In this document: positions 60,590 through 60,867 of the stretch, one piece after another
How the letters are laid out: every line of letters starts with the position of its first letter
How positions within the stretch are numbered: position 1 is the stretch's first letter
Virus record (IMG/VR): IMGVR_UViG_3300017989_000014
Coordinates: 1 to 60,867 of that record
DNA from: a virus
Taxonomy: Duplodnaviria > Caudoviricetes
DNA: 60,867 nucleotides
Direction: 5' to 3' (one strand)
Position numbers and translations under genes: made by a program
The notes under the pieces: model-generated
Told to the model about the DNA's origin: nothing
Seen by the model: the letters and a program-made list of their open reading frames with translations, nothing else
Database searches by the model: none

Positions 60590-60744
60590 TCACGAGCTGC
60601 CCCCGTCCTGCTGTGCGTCGGGAGGACCGAGCTGGTTCGGTGCGTGGCCGGGTGCGGGTGCATCGGGCAGCGGGTCGCACAACGAGGTGTCAATCTGAAA
60701 GACCACGCCTACGTGCTTGTGTGCGTGTTGGTGTTGGACCTTGT
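60590..60744 (-). CDS. terS: Terminase small subunit, C-terminal part (continuation of 511-1)
   Basis: Same frame as track ORF 60590..60838 and as 1..511 across the overlap. Confidence 0.85.
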
Positions 60745-60867
60745 CCGAGAACTCAGCAGGGCGCTTTGCGGCCAGCAGACGCTCTAGGAGGCGGTCGGAA
60801 TAGCGTCGGGTGTAGGCAACGACCTTGCCTTGCGACACAACAGGCTCCTCGACTCCATCAACGGCCC
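60745..60867. repeat. 123-bp terminal overlap, copy 2
   Basis: Identical to 1-123. Confidence 0.97.

Noticed and set aside
60745-60867. 123-bp direct terminal repeat as a biological DTR
   Set aside because: It falls in the middle of the terS coding sequence, so it is best explained as circular-assembly overlap.

Overview
The window is an apparently complete, circularly assembled genome of a GC-rich tailed phage with a podovirus-like layout. The unit length is 60,744 bp, and bases 1-123 are repeated at 60745-60867. Back-to-back sigma70 promoters at about 713-798 drive a short plus-strand cassette of small early genes (848-4653) and a minus-strand run. That run covers terS (split by the assembly junction), accessory genes, terL, portal, scaffold, major capsid, adaptors, tail/fibre genes, a putative lysis block, ejection proteins and a 4324-aa polyvalent protein (Strawberry-notch-type SF2 helicase, HExxH zincin, LPD38-like end). 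It ends in a replication/recombination block: HTH protein, putative annealase, Rad50/SMC-like ATPase, UvrD helicase, DUF1064-like nuclease, SSB and an iteron-containing initiator. I recognised no integrase, CI-like repressor, ParA/ParB, DNA polymerase, reverse transcriptase or CRISPR array. Four observations stand out. (1) A hidden +1-frame gene with its own near-consensus promoter and Shine-Dalgarno (SD) lies inside the giant gene, just upstream of the helicase domain. (2) Eight virion-region proteins, including a classic tail-collar fibre, have Sec-type signal peptides, and most are enriched in Thr-Asn, suggesting exported and possibly host-modified appendages. (3) A perfect chromosomal-type parS is present with no par genes. 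(4) A long structured RNA is followed directly by an aberrant tRNA-like element. All family calls come from motif recognition by eye, not database searches.
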